A stretch of DNA of 64,000 nt from Candidatus Zhuqueibacterota bacterium (lineage in GTDB: Bacteria; Zhuqueibacterota; Zhuqueibacteria; Oceanimicrobiales; Oceanimicrobiaceae): the NCBI GenBank assembly GCA_029262005.1, contig JAJDAG010000012.1, forward strand, positions 3,161-67,160. The letters run 5' to 3'. The notes under the pieces were generated by a model. It searched no databases. It was not told where the DNA came from and worked only from the letters and a program-made list of their open reading frames with translations. Positions 39,699 through 48,987 of the stretch are shown here, in pieces (positions within the stretch are counted from its first letter, which is position 1; every line of letters starts with the position of its first letter). A program made the translations under genes and the position numbers.

Positions 39699-40495
39699 CC
39701 TGGAACATATTCCCATATATCGTCGGTGGTACAATCGGCTTGTGGTCGGCTGGAGTTGGCCTGAGCCTCTTTTCGCCAAAAGCCAAACTGGCAAATTTAT
39801 TTAGCAAGCTGGCCTATCTCGCCGGCAGTCTGGTTGTCATCACTTTTGTTGTGATGCTTTGGCAGACTCTGGATCGTCCACCCATGCGCACGCTTGGTGA
39901 GACCCGTCTCTGGTATGCCGTATTTCTGCCTGTGGTCGGGTTTGCAGTGCACTATCGCTGGGGCATTAAGTGGCTCAATATTTATTGCGTAGCCCTTGCC
40001 AGCATGTTTTTGTGCATCAATTTAATGAACCCGGAAACTTATGATAAAGCTCTGATGCCCGCTTTGCAAAGCATCTGGTTTGTGCCACATGTTATTGTTT
40101 ATATGATTAGCTACGCGCTGTTGGCGGCTTCATCCCTTGTCGGATTTCACGGTGTATTTCTTTCATATAAGCAGCGGCCCATAAACGGCACACTGCGGCT
40201 GGCAGATCAGATTGTCACGCTGGGCTATGGTTTTCTTACCACCGGCCTGCTCTTCGGCGCTTTGTGGGCCAAAGAAGCGTGGGGACATTACTGGACCTGG
40301 GATCCAAAAGAAACCTGGGCCTTCCTCACCTGGATCGCCTATCTTGTGTTCTTGCACATACGCCACCATCACAAACAATCGCAGAAGCTCGCTTTGCAGT
40401 ATCTGGCATTTTCATTTATCGTCTTGCTGGTTTGCTGGTTCGGTGTAAACTACCTGCCATCAGCCAGTTACAGCGTGCATACTTACACGAATTAA
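39695..40495 (+). CDS. ccsA: Cytochrome c-type biogenesis protein CcsA (heme-handling WWD domain)
   Basis: WGHYWTWDPKETWAF (WWD motif); conserved His residues; start chosen at the ATG overlapping the upstream TGA. Confidence 0.8.
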   Translation: MTWNIFPYIVGGTIGLWSAGVGLSLFSPKAKLANLFSKLAYLAGSLVVITFVVMLWQTLDRPPMRTLGETRLWYAVFLPVVGFAVHYRWGIKWLNIYCVALASMFLCINLMNPETYDKALMPALQSIWFVPHVIVYMISYALLAASSLVGFHGVFLSYKQRPINGTLRLADQIVTLGYGFLTTGLLFGALWAKEAWGHYWTWDPKETWAFLTWIAYLVFLHIRHHHKQSQKLALQYLAFSFIVLLVCWFGVNYLPSASYSVHTYTN

Positions 40496-40620
40496 GCAAA
40501 ATGAACTCAGGCAGGGTTTTAGGCCCTGTCTGAGTTTGCAGCCGACTACACAATTCCTTCCTAAAATCGCATTACAGAATAAACATTGAATTCAAGTTTT
40601 AGCAACAAGGAGATCTTTTT

Positions 40621-40649
40621 TTGACACGGATAGTTTATTCCTTTATATT
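40621..40649 (+). promoter_or_regulatory. Sigma70-like promoter (TTGACA-N17-TATATT) for the DUF4339-MinD gene pair
   Basis: read in sequence ~60 nt upstream of the ATG at 40712. Confidence 0.4.
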
Positions 40650-40711
40650 GTCATTTGCCGGCAACCCGGTTTCTGATAGCTGTTGCACCATTTCAAGAAA
40701 AGGAATTCGCA

Positions 40712-42013
40712 ATGGAGAATTTGTTCATCAAGGTTGATGAGAAGGAATTTGGCCCTGTCTCACTCAAAGAACTTAAGGATTTAGCAAAGGAAGGTAGCTT
40801 CAGTAGAGAGGATTATATCTGGAGTGAAGATTTGGATGAGTGGGTGCCGGCAGAACACACCGTTGAACTCAAAGATGTGTTCACTGTTAACACCAACGGC
40901 CATTTCAAAAAACGCATTTATGCTGTTGCAAGCGGAAAAGGAGGTGTTGGTAAAACGGTGATTTCTTCTTCAATCGGCGTTGGACTGGCTTCCATGGGGC
41001 AGGAAGTCATTATGGTTGATGCCGATTTTGGTGGTGCAAACATGCACACCTGCATGGGAATTTTGGAGCCTGAACTCACATTTTTCGATTTCTATACCTT
41101 ACAAAAAGAAACATTGAGTGATATTGTCCTGGACACCCCGGTTGAAAACTTGCGTATGATCAGCGGCGCTTGCGGTACACTCGGGCTGGCGAATCCCAAA
41201 TACTTTCAGAAACAGCGGTTTATCCGAGAGCTCAAGAAGTTGCAGGCAGATAGCATTCTCATAGATCTGGGCGCAGGTTCCGGATTTCATACCGTTGATC
41301 TTTTTCTGCTCGCCGATGAAAAAATCCTCGTTATGACGCCGGAGCCCACTTCTGTGTTCGAAGCCTTTGGCTTTATCAAAATATGTCTGCTGCGTGATTT
41401 GAACCGGCGTCTTAAAAAGTATCCAGAGGCTCTTGCGGTTTTGGCAAAAGACGGCATAAATAAGCCCAATAATATTCAGTTGACCATTGGCGATTTGATG
41501 ACCGAAATAGAAAAAATCGACGAAGAGGCGTTGAATATTTTTAAAGAAACGCTGGCCGGCTTTTCGCCAAAGCTCATATTGAATATGGTAAAGGCGCGCG
41601 ATGAAATTAAGGAAGGGCAGGCGATTCAAGCTGCTGCGCTAGATTTGCTTTGCATCAACGTGGAGCTGCTTGGCTACATTTCTTTCGATTTTCAAGTGAA
41701 GGCAGCGGTTAAAGCAATGAAGCCATTTTTGCTTTTTGACCCAAAAGCCAAAGCCTCGCAGGATCTGTCCGCCTTGATCAGGGTAAATCTGCTTGGCAAA
41801 AAAGGCGTGCGTGAGATTCTTGAACGACGGCGGTGGCGAAAATTGGTGGAAAACTACTCCCGTGAATATCCGGAACAAAATATTTTAGAAAATGGGACTA
41901 TCTGCTCGGTGCGCTGTTTCTATTGGGGTGATTGTGAATATGAGGATGGCGGCAGCCATTGCCCTGTGCGGCACCTTGAACCCGTTTTAAAGGAACGACT
42001 CGTGTCCTCTTAA
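40712..42013 (+). CDS. Fusion of an N-terminal GYF-like DUF4339 domain and a MinD/ParA-type P-loop ATPase, with a C-terminal Cys/His-rich tail (paralog 1)
   Basis: N-terminus FIKVDEKEFGPVSLKELKDLAKEGSFSREDYIWSEDLDEWVPAEHTVEL fits the DUF4339 W...GP.S...L..L...G.I...W...W..A pattern; deviant Walker A VASGKGGVGKT; DADFGGANMHTCMG; tail CSVRCFYWGDCEYEDGGSHCPVRH. Confidence 0.6.
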   Translation: MENLFIKVDEKEFGPVSLKELKDLAKEGSFSREDYIWSEDLDEWVPAEHTVELKDVFTVNTNGHFKKRIYAVASGKGGVGKTVISSSIGVGLASMGQEVIMVDADFGGANMHTCMGILEPELTFFDFYTLQKETLSDIVLDTPVENLRMISGACGTLGLANPKYFQKQRFIRELKKLQADSILIDLGAGSGFHTVDLFLLADEKILVMTPEPTSVFEAFGFIKICLLRDLNRRLKKYPEALAVLAKDGINKPNNIQLTIGDLMTEIEKIDEEALNIFKETLAGFSPKLILNMVKARDEIKEGQAIQAAALDLLCINVELLGYISFDFQVKAAVKAMKPFLLFDPKAKASQDLSALIRVNLLGKKGVREILERRRWRKLVENYSREYPEQNILENGTICSVRCFYWGDCEYEDGGSHCPVRHLEPVLKERLVSS

Positions 42014-42122
42014 CCTTTCAGCACATTCAACCTGCCGACTCCGGCAGCTTATTTCTAATGTGAAGAAGTCTCCCCGATCGTCCGATGCTATAATTAAATC
42101 CAGTTCAATTTGAGGTTATGGC

Positions 42123-43337
42123 ATGCAGGATATTATAATAAAGGTTGAGGCCAACACCCTTGGCCCGCTTTCTCCCAAAAAAGTCCGCAATCTGATCAAG
42201 CAGGGCGTGTTCTCTTCAGCACATTTGGTTTGGAGCAATTCAGAAGGAGAGTGGGTGCCGGCATGGAGCGTGCCCGAGCTCAAAGAAATGTTCAATCTTA
42301 CTCATGCCAAGGCTGCGGGCCTCAGCAAAGTGCTCGCTGTTGCCAGTGGCAAAGGCGGTGTCGGGAAAACGGTTCTGGCTTCCTCTCTGGGCGTAGGGTT
42401 GGCCTCAGCCGGGCGTACGACCACAGTCGTGGATGCTGATTTTGGCGGTGCTAACCTGCATACGGCTATGGGCGTTCTTCAGCCGGAATATAATTTCGAT
42501 GACTTTTTTTCTAATAGCGGCAAACCACTTTCAGATTTTTTAATCGAAACGCCTGTCGCAAACCTCACCATGATCGGTGGCACATGTGGTTCTATTCTGA
42601 CCACCCCGAAATATCATCAAAAGCAGCGTTTCATAAGGACTTTGCGCAAGTTGACCGCAGAATATGTCGTTCTCGATCTGGGTGGCGGTTCCCAATTTAA
42701 TGTCATTGATTTTTTTCTGCTTGCTGATGAGCCGATTGTTGTCGTAACGCCTGAATTGCCCTCGGTGCAGGAGGCCTTTTCGTTTATAAAAATGGCCTTG
42801 CTGCGTCGTCTTGTGCGGGTGTTTAGACATGAACCCGCTGTCCTGGCTTTGGTAAAAGAAGGTGAGGTAAATCGGCCCGGGCATATCATTAAAACAATGG
42901 AAGATATTTATCACTGTTTAACCGAAATAGATATTGGCCTGGCCTTAAGGTTTCGTTCAACCCTCAATTCATTCGCGCCAAAACTTGTCCTGAACAAACG
43001 CTCGAAACGCAGTGACGACGAGGAAGCTGCTGCTATTCAAACTGCCGCATTCGAACTTCTTTCCATTGAAGTCGACTACCTCGGTCACATTTCGTTTGAT
43101 GAAAACGTCGAGAAAGCCATCCAGCAGTTTCGGCCGTTTCTGCTGCACTCTCCAGCAAGCCAGGCTGCAAGAGACATAGAAAAATTGATAGATGGTCATT
43201 TGCTTGGCCTGGGCAGCCTGCGGCGCACTTTGCGGAAACGCAAATGGCAGCAGGAGCTTAATTCAATAACTGAATACTATCCGGAAGTTAAGTTGGTAGA
43301 TGAAGTGCCAATTATGGATATCGTTAAGTCAAAGTAG
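42123..43337 (+). CDS. Fusion of a GYF-like DUF4339 domain and a MinD/ParA-type ATPase (paralog 2, lacks the Cys-rich tail)
   Basis: IIKVEANTLGPLSPKKVRNLIKQGVFSSAHLVWSNSEGEWVPAWSVPEL; VASGKGGVGKT; DADFGGANLHTAMG; collinear with paralog 1. Confidence 0.6.
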   Translation: MQDIIIKVEANTLGPLSPKKVRNLIKQGVFSSAHLVWSNSEGEWVPAWSVPELKEMFNLTHAKAAGLSKVLAVASGKGGVGKTVLASSLGVGLASAGRTTTVVDADFGGANLHTAMGVLQPEYNFDDFFSNSGKPLSDFLIETPVANLTMIGGTCGSILTTPKYHQKQRFIRTLRKLTAEYVVLDLGGGSQFNVIDFFLLADEPIVVVTPELPSVQEAFSFIKMALLRRLVRVFRHEPAVLALVKEGEVNRPGHIIKTMEDIYHCLTEIDIGLALRFRSTLNSFAPKLVLNKRSKRSDDEEAAAIQTAAFELLSIEVDYLGHISFDENVEKAIQQFRPFLLHSPASQAARDIEKLIDGHLLGLGSLRRTLRKRKWQQELNSITEYYPEVKLVDEVPIMDIVKSK

Positions 43338-43645
43338 CTTTACCGCGAGGGTGTGCCGCTGTGTTTCGGAGGGCAAAAGGGTGCTGCGTTTTTTCACCGT
43401 GTTGGCTGCCCGGTGCAATTGTGCCGTCGGCATGAGGCGCAATAGAAAGCGTGCTGTAGCACCCGTTTTTCCCATGGACTCACCGAGGTGCTGGTTTTTA
43501 CCTTGCATTTGTTTGCTCTCACCAATATATTTCCTTATTCCGAAACACACATTAGTTTTGTTGCCTAAGAAGAGGTTGTCGGAACTTAGGGTGTTTTTTT
43601 TTGTAAAATAGAGAATTCTTTCCACCGTAACTCTGGAGTCTGTGA

Positions 43646-44407
43646 ATGACAATCTTGTTGAACCTGACGTTTTTTTTACAACAAACGAACCCACAGCAAA
43701 TGCTGTCACGCAGTCCCATCGAACTGGTTTTGAATGCCGGCGTAATTGCACAAGTCGTACTCGGTATCCTTGCATTTTTCTCAATTATTTCCTGGGGAAT
43801 AATTTTAGATAAATTGCGCGTGTTTCGAAGAGTCCGCAAAGAATCCGACAAATTTTTAAACGCTTTCCAGCAAAAAAAAGGTGCCCGCGAGATAATGCAG
43901 GCAAGCCGTTTGTATCCTGGAAATCCGTTTGCAGCCGTTTACAAAGAAGCTTTTTGGCTTCTCAATCAGAGCGAGGGCAAGCCCGCTGGCGGCAGCCTGG
44001 GTATGATGCGTGAGCCGACGCCGAAGCAAAATCACACATCTGAAGATTTGCTGCGCCTTTTTGATTCCGTAGCAACTCGGGAAGTTCTCAGGCTGGAAAA
44101 ACATCTCGCATTTCTCGCTACCACAGGTAGTGTCAGTCCTTTTTTTGGCCTCTTTGGCACGGTTTGGGGTGTGATGGGCGCGTTTCTTTCCATTGGTTTA
44201 ACCGGGTCAGCTGACATCAGCGTTGTTGCGCCTGGCATTGCAGAAGCTTTGATAACAACAGTTGCCGGGCTCGGAGCTGCGATTCCGGCGGTGATGGCCT
44301 ACAATTTCTTTGTTAGCAAGCTGAAACGAATCAGTGCTGAACTGGAGATTTTTTATTCAAATTTGATTGAAGCATTTGTCAAGAGGGAAGTGAATGAAGT
44401 CCGGTAG
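43646..44407 (+). CDS. tolQ: Tol-Pal/ExbB-type proton channel protein
   Basis: MotA/TolQ/ExbB pattern ...TTGSVSPFFGLFGTVWGVMGAFLSIG. Confidence 0.8.
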   Translation: MTILLNLTFFLQQTNPQQMLSRSPIELVLNAGVIAQVVLGILAFFSIISWGIILDKLRVFRRVRKESDKFLNAFQQKKGAREIMQASRLYPGNPFAAVYKEAFWLLNQSEGKPAGGSLGMMREPTPKQNHTSEDLLRLFDSVATREVLRLEKHLAFLATTGSVSPFFGLFGTVWGVMGAFLSIGLTGSADISVVAPGIAEALITTVAGLGAAIPAVMAYNFFVSKLKRISAELEIFYSNLIEAFVKREVNEVR

Positions 44408-44795
44408 CAGGTACACGAGTTTATCCGAAATAAACGTGACGTCCCTGGTAGATGTGACGTTGGTTCTGCTGATCGTTTTTATGATTACAGCCCCTCTCTT
44501 GCGCTCCGGCATGTCCGTTGATCTGCCGCAAACCATGGCTAAAGAAATCGATCCCGGCGAAGCCATTGTTCTCACTGTTGACAAAAAGGGTGCCTTGTTC
44601 TGGGATAAAGAGAAAATCGATTTGCTCACCTTAAGAGAGCGGCTGCAAAAACGGGAGGCAGCGAATCGGTTAAAGCCGATTCTTCTTCAAGGTGACAAAG
44701 AGGTCTACTATGGGCATGTCATTGAAGTAATGGACATTATTAAAGAGCTTGGCATTGGCAAGTTGGGCTTGATATTGAAGCCGCGACAACGGTAG
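44394..44795 (+). CDS. tolR: TolR/ExbD biopolymer transport protein
   Basis: EINVTSLVDVTLVLLIVFMITAPL single TM and conserved Asp; overlaps tolQ by 14 nt. Confidence 0.8.
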   Translation: MKSGSRYTSLSEINVTSLVDVTLVLLIVFMITAPLLRSGMSVDLPQTMAKEIDPGEAIVLTVDKKGALFWDKEKIDLLTLRERLQKREAANRLKPILLQGDKEVYYGHVIEVMDIIKELGIGKLGLILKPRQR

Positions 44796-44799
44796 CACG

Positions 44800-45426
44800 G
44801 TGAAAGCGAGCATTTTTTTTTCATGCGTTCTGCATCTGGCTCTTTTTGCCGCATTGGTTTTTTCACGGACCACACCCAGGCGGTTTGAAGGTTATCCAAC
44901 CGTTCTGCCGGTTGAAATTGTTGACTTGAAGCCGGTTTCTTTTAAGGCTCCTGAAGTTGAAAAAATCGCGCCGAAACGCCGAAGGGCACTGCCGCAACCT
45001 AAGGAATTGAAGGGTGTAACTGTTGAGAAAGCGAAAATTGAAACGGAGGAGCCTGAGGAGCGGCCACGCAAACAAGTTGAGAAACCTGAAAAGTCCGACA
45101 AAGGGAAATCTCTAGCCAAAGGGGAAAAAGTCAGACTTGACGTAAAGGAATTCCCCTTTTCCTATTACCTGGCCCTGCTGCAATCGCGAATTAACGCCAA
45201 TTGGGAGCCTCCATTCGGTGTTGCAGGACGTGTTGTTGTCTTCTTCAAGATTCAGCGAAATGGGCACCTGACCAATGTGTTGCTGGAATTAAAGTCGGGA
45301 GATTTTTTACTGGATCGTGCAGCAATGCGTGCAGTGACGCTTGCTGACCCGTTACCACCGCTGCCATACGACTTTTCTGAGCCGGCACTTGGTGTGCATT
45401 TTGAATTTGAACAGGCAAGAAATTGA
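44800..45426 (+). CDS. tolA: TonB-family C-terminal-domain protein in the TolA position
   Basis: N-terminal TM, Pro/Lys-rich linker, C-terminal YYLALLQSRINANWEPPF...LPPLPYDF TonB/TolA-type fold. Confidence 0.65.
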   Translation: MKASIFFSCVLHLALFAALVFSRTTPRRFEGYPTVLPVEIVDLKPVSFKAPEVEKIAPKRRRALPQPKELKGVTVEKAKIETEEPEERPRKQVEKPEKSDKGKSLAKGEKVRLDVKEFPFSYYLALLQSRINANWEPPFGVAGRVVVFFKIQRNGHLTNVLLELKSGDFLLDRAAMRAVTLADPLPPLPYDFSEPALGVHFEFEQARN

Positions 45427-45610
45427 AAATATTTCTCTATCGAAAAGTAGAGCGGTTACGTTTGGTCTTACCATCATAGAGAGAGTTTGCTGAAAGATTG
45501 AATTGATTTTGCCGGGTTGTTTCGCGGGCTCCTGGGCCCTGTTTCATCCCGCTGTTTTGTGAAATAGTGAAATAATTTCAAATAGACAATGAAGAAAGGA
45601 AACAGATATT

Positions 45611-46906
45611 TTGGCCGCGACTTCCCGCAATCTTGCTTGTAAATTTATTATCATCCTTGGCATATTGATTTTTGTTTCGGTTGAAAATGCCTTTGCGCAG
45701 ACCGATATTTACCTTAAAGTTCATTCACAGATATTTCAGCGCATGGAGATCGATTTGTATCCGTTTACTGCAGAGACTCAAAGTATGGATTCAGAGGTTT
45801 TGGCAGGGACAATTACTGAGGTACTCAAAAACGACTTGTGGATGTCCGGTTATTTTAAGGTAAATCTAAAGTACGGAGCGCCTGAAAACGGCAACGGTGT
45901 TGCTGAAAAAGGCGGGGCGCTAACCTCAGTGAACGGCACATTCAGTTTTGACGCCAATTCGGTCAGGCTCCAACCCAATGTGATCGACAATACTTCCGGG
46001 CGTTTTATAATCCGCACCGCCTATGACGAAGTGGCGGGGAATGAGCGCACGGCGATTCACCGCCTGGCCGATGATATTGTGTACACCCTGACCGGAGAGC
46101 CGGGCATCGCCAACTCGAAAATCGCTTACATTCATGAGGGTGAAGATGGAACGAAAGAGGTCGCTGTGATGGATTATGATGGGCACCGAGCTTCAATTTT
46201 GACCTCTGACAAGAATTTGAATCTCTCTCCGGCCTGGTCGCCGAATGGGCATAAAATTTGTTACACTTCTTTCAAAGATGATAACCCTAATCTTTACGTT
46301 TATAATCTGAAAACAAATACACAAATTCAATTGTCAGCGCTTCATGGGTTGAATTCAGCGCCGTCATGGTCCCCGGACGGTGCCAGACTGGCTATTACTT
46401 TGTCAAAAGACGGCAACGCTGAAATTTACATTCTGGATGTTGAGAAAAAGCAGTTGCAGCGACTTACATACAATCGGGCCATCGATTCTTCCCCTGGTTG
46501 GGCGCCATCAAATCGGGATATTGTTTTTACATCAGATCGTTCCGGTTCGCCCCAGGTCTATATTATGGATTCTGATGGACTGAATGTTCGGCGGCTGACA
46601 TTTGAGGGGAATTACAATGATTCCCCAAGCTGGTCGCCGCGCGGTGACAGAATTGCGTATGTGTCGCGTACCGATTCCGGCTTTGATATTTATACAATTG
46701 ATACCCTTGGCGAGAACAGGATGCGGCTTACTGACAGTGCGAAAAGCAACGAAGATCCGTGTTGGTCGCCAAACGGGTTTTCGATTGTTTTTAGTTCGAA
46801 CAGAAATGGTAAACGGGCGCTGTATTCAATGTTTTGGGATGGGACTGATCAAAAAAAACTAACCAATGTCGGCGTTAATTACATGCCGGCCTGGTCTACG
46901 CGTTAA
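45611..46906 (+). CDS. tolB: Tol-Pal system beta-propeller protein TolB
   Basis: repeated PxWSPDG blocks (SPAWSPNGHKI, SAPSWSPDGARLA, SSPGWAPSNRDI, DSPSWSPRGDRIAY). Confidence 0.85.
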   Translation: MAATSRNLACKFIIILGILIFVSVENAFAQTDIYLKVHSQIFQRMEIDLYPFTAETQSMDSEVLAGTITEVLKNDLWMSGYFKVNLKYGAPENGNGVAEKGGALTSVNGTFSFDANSVRLQPNVIDNTSGRFIIRTAYDEVAGNERTAIHRLADDIVYTLTGEPGIANSKIAYIHEGEDGTKEVAVMDYDGHRASILTSDKNLNLSPAWSPNGHKICYTSFKDDNPNLYVYNLKTNTQIQLSALHGLNSAPSWSPDGARLAITLSKDGNAEIYILDVEKKQLQRLTYNRAIDSSPGWAPSNRDIVFTSDRSGSPQVYIMDSDGLNVRRLTFEGNYNDSPSWSPRGDRIAYVSRTDSGFDIYTIDTLGENRMRLTDSAKSNEDPCWSPNGFSIVFSSNRNGKRALYSMFWDGTDQKKLTNVGVNYMPAWSTR

Positions 46907-46924
46907 AAATAAAGGAGAAATGTC

Positions 46925-47473
46925 ATGTTTCAAAGTTTTCGGTTGTCTTATGTGATAATTTTGTTAATTTTAGGCAGCGTTTTTTTTGGATGCGGCGGCA
47001 GTAAGGAAACTGTTAATTATGAGCCTCCGCCGGATCCTTTTCCAAGACCTGAAGAAGAGACTTTTACTGAACGCGCAAGCATGCCGATTGGTCCACCTGA
47101 AGTCGAGGAGCCGAAAAATGAATTGGTTAAGGCGGTTCCACTTATTCTGACAACCGTGAATTTTGACTTTAATCAATCTCGACTGACGGATGAAGCCAAA
47201 GCGCTTTTGGCACAAAACGCAAGCACGTTGCATGCTCACCCGGAAACGAATATTCGCATTGAGGGGCATTGCGATGAGCGCGGCACGGTTGAATTCAATT
47301 TGGCGCTTGGTGAGCGTCGGGCAATGGCTGTAAGAAATTACATGATTAACTTTGGTGTGCCCGCACGTAGAATGACAATTATCAGTTACGGAAAAGAACG
47401 GCCCGTGGATCCCCGGCATACTTCGGACGCATGGGCTGCTAACAGACGGGCAGAATTTATTATCCGAAACTAG
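46925..47473 (+). CDS. pal: Peptidoglycan-associated lipoprotein (OmpA-like domain)
   Basis: lipobox FFGCGG; NFDFNQSRLTDEAK...IRIEGHCDERGTVEFNLALGERRAMAV...ISYGKERP...NRRAEF. Confidence 0.85.
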   Translation: MFQSFRLSYVIILLILGSVFFGCGGSKETVNYEPPPDPFPRPEEETFTERASMPIGPPEVEEPKNELVKAVPLILTTVNFDFNQSRLTDEAKALLAQNASTLHAHPETNIRIEGHCDERGTVEFNLALGERRAMAVRNYMINFGVPARRMTIISYGKERPVDPRHTSDAWAANRRAEFIIRN

Positions 47474-47495
47474 CTGGAAACCGAGCGAGAGACAA

Positions 47496-48275
47496 ATGAA
47501 AACAGTTGCTTTGATTTGTGCTGCCATAATTCTGGGGGTTGGTTGCGCCCCTCAAAACAAACGCATCAATGCCACGGGCATGGAGATGGAAAACTTGCGT
47601 CGGGATATCCGTTTCTTGAAACAACAAAACTCACAACTGCTGCGTGAGCTGGATAGTCTCAAGAAGCAGTTCGGTGAAATCGACCTGGCCAATCGTAAAG
47701 TTCGGGCAGATTTGTCAGCCCGGATTGATGAACTGACGGACCAACTTGAATCCGTCCAAGGTAATTTAAAGGATACGAATTACCGAATGACTAGCTTTGA
47801 TCAGCGGGCACCAAGACCTGGTGTTGCCGAAAATGAGAAAATGAATATTGCTGAAAATGACAGCCTTAAGAGATTGACCAGTCCGCAGGCCCTGGCCGTA
47901 AACCAATCCCGGGCGCTTTACAATACTGCTTACCGGGACCTCTCCCGTGGTAATTATCGGTTGGCATTGGAAGGATTCCGGCAATTCGTTAAAGACTACC
48001 CAAACTCGGATTTGACGGATAATGCGCAATATTGGACAGGGGAAGTTTACTACGCGCAAGGTCGCTACCAGTTGGCCATTGAAGAATTTGAACGGGTGGT
48101 GAAATGGTATGGAACCGGCGATAAAACAGCCTCTGCCTTGCTTAAAATTGGATTTTCCTATTTGAATATGGAGGAAACTGAGCAAGGGAAATTGTATCTT
48201 GAGGAGATTGTGAAAGATTACCCTGGCTCCGATGAAGCGAGCAGAGCACAGGGACGACTTGCTTCTCTTAATTAG
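47496..48275 (+). CDS. cpoB: Tol-Pal system protein YbgF/CpoB (coiled coil + TPR)
   Basis: coiled-coil N-half, TPR C-half (ALYNTAYRDLSRGNYRLALEGFRQFVKDYPNSDLTDNAQYWTGEVYYAQGRYQLAIEEF), position after pal. Confidence 0.75.
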   Translation: MKTVALICAAIILGVGCAPQNKRINATGMEMENLRRDIRFLKQQNSQLLRELDSLKKQFGEIDLANRKVRADLSARIDELTDQLESVQGNLKDTNYRMTSFDQRAPRPGVAENEKMNIAENDSLKRLTSPQALAVNQSRALYNTAYRDLSRGNYRLALEGFRQFVKDYPNSDLTDNAQYWTGEVYYAQGRYQLAIEEFERVVKWYGTGDKTASALLKIGFSYLNMEETEQGKLYLEEIVKDYPGSDEASRAQGRLASLN

Positions 48276-48411
48276 TGTTCGGGGCCGAAACTCTAGTTTG
48301 TTTTTATTCTGAATCCGTTGTCCGCAAGGCAAATAGAACTCACAAAAGTGATTTTTTATAGCACTTTTAAAAGTTGGAACATAAAAAATTAAGCAAGTAA
48401 AATCGACTAAA

Positions 48412-48834
48412 TTGATTGGTACTATCTTTATTAGTGCCTCAATTATTTTTAACATTTCCGTGAGTGCGGTATTCATTGCAGTAAAACTAGATAAGCAGTC
48501 CCTCTTGCAAGTGTTTGGTGCGATTACACTTGCTATGGCACTGCCTTTCACTGTCACATTGATCGGCTATTGGCAAGATAAAGCAGAAAAAAAGATAATC
48601 GTATCGCATATATTTATTCTCTTCTATCTGTTTCTGGAATTATTACTAGACTATATACTCAAGATTCCGTTTAGAGAAATACTTGCACTTCATATTCCGT
48701 ATATTCTTTTCTTCTATGCTGCAACGTTCAACATGATAGTCGTTTCCTTCAAAATAAATAAGAAAATGGGATTTGTCGTGACAGGAACATTTCTGGTATT
48801 GATAGGATGTCTAATTTACTTGTATTTAGGTTGA
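48412..48834 (+). CDS. Hypothetical small integral membrane protein in an AT-rich (~36% GC) islet
   Basis: four predicted TM helices; no recognisable motif; composition differs from the ~50% GC flanks. Confidence 0.3.
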   Translation: MIGTIFISASIIFNISVSAVFIAVKLDKQSLLQVFGAITLAMALPFTVTLIGYWQDKAEKKIIVSHIFILFYLFLELLLDYILKIPFREILALHIPYILFFYAATFNMIVVSFKINKKMGFVVTGTFLVLIGCLIYLYLG

Positions 48835-48987
48835 TTGTGAACAGATGAAGATGTTTGACGGAAAACGCCAAGTTTCAAATAAATAAAGATTAACAATAAT
48901 GTCGTGCGTTGACAATGGAATATTTTGAAAAACGAAACAGCCCTATACTCAGCGAAATAGAATTTATTAATTCTCCTGGTACCGATT

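Noticed and set aside
40655-40711. TTG-initiated N-terminal extension of the first DUF4339-MinD gene.
   Set aside because: The paralog aligns from the ATG at 40712 (MENLFIKV versus MQDIIIKV). A sigma70-like promoter and a purine-rich RBS sit just upstream of that ATG.
43344-43475. GC-rich segment after the second DUF4339-MinD gene with two T-runs (GGGTGCTGCGTTTTTT and GTGCTGTAGCACCCGTTTTT), considered as terminators or a small RNA.
   Set aside because: The stems are only 4-5 bp and the first has no complementary arm. It is too weak to call as a feature.
45500-45560. Loose direct repeats (GGTTGTTTCGCGGGCT / GCCCTGTTTCATCCCGCT) between the TonB/TolA-like gene and tolB.
   Set aside because: Similarity is low and short. 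It is likely chance or a small local hairpin (GCGGG...CCCGC).
48278-48320. Putative terminator after cpoB (TTCG-GGGC-CGAA + T-rich).
   Set aside because: The stem is only 4 bp, so it has insufficient stability.
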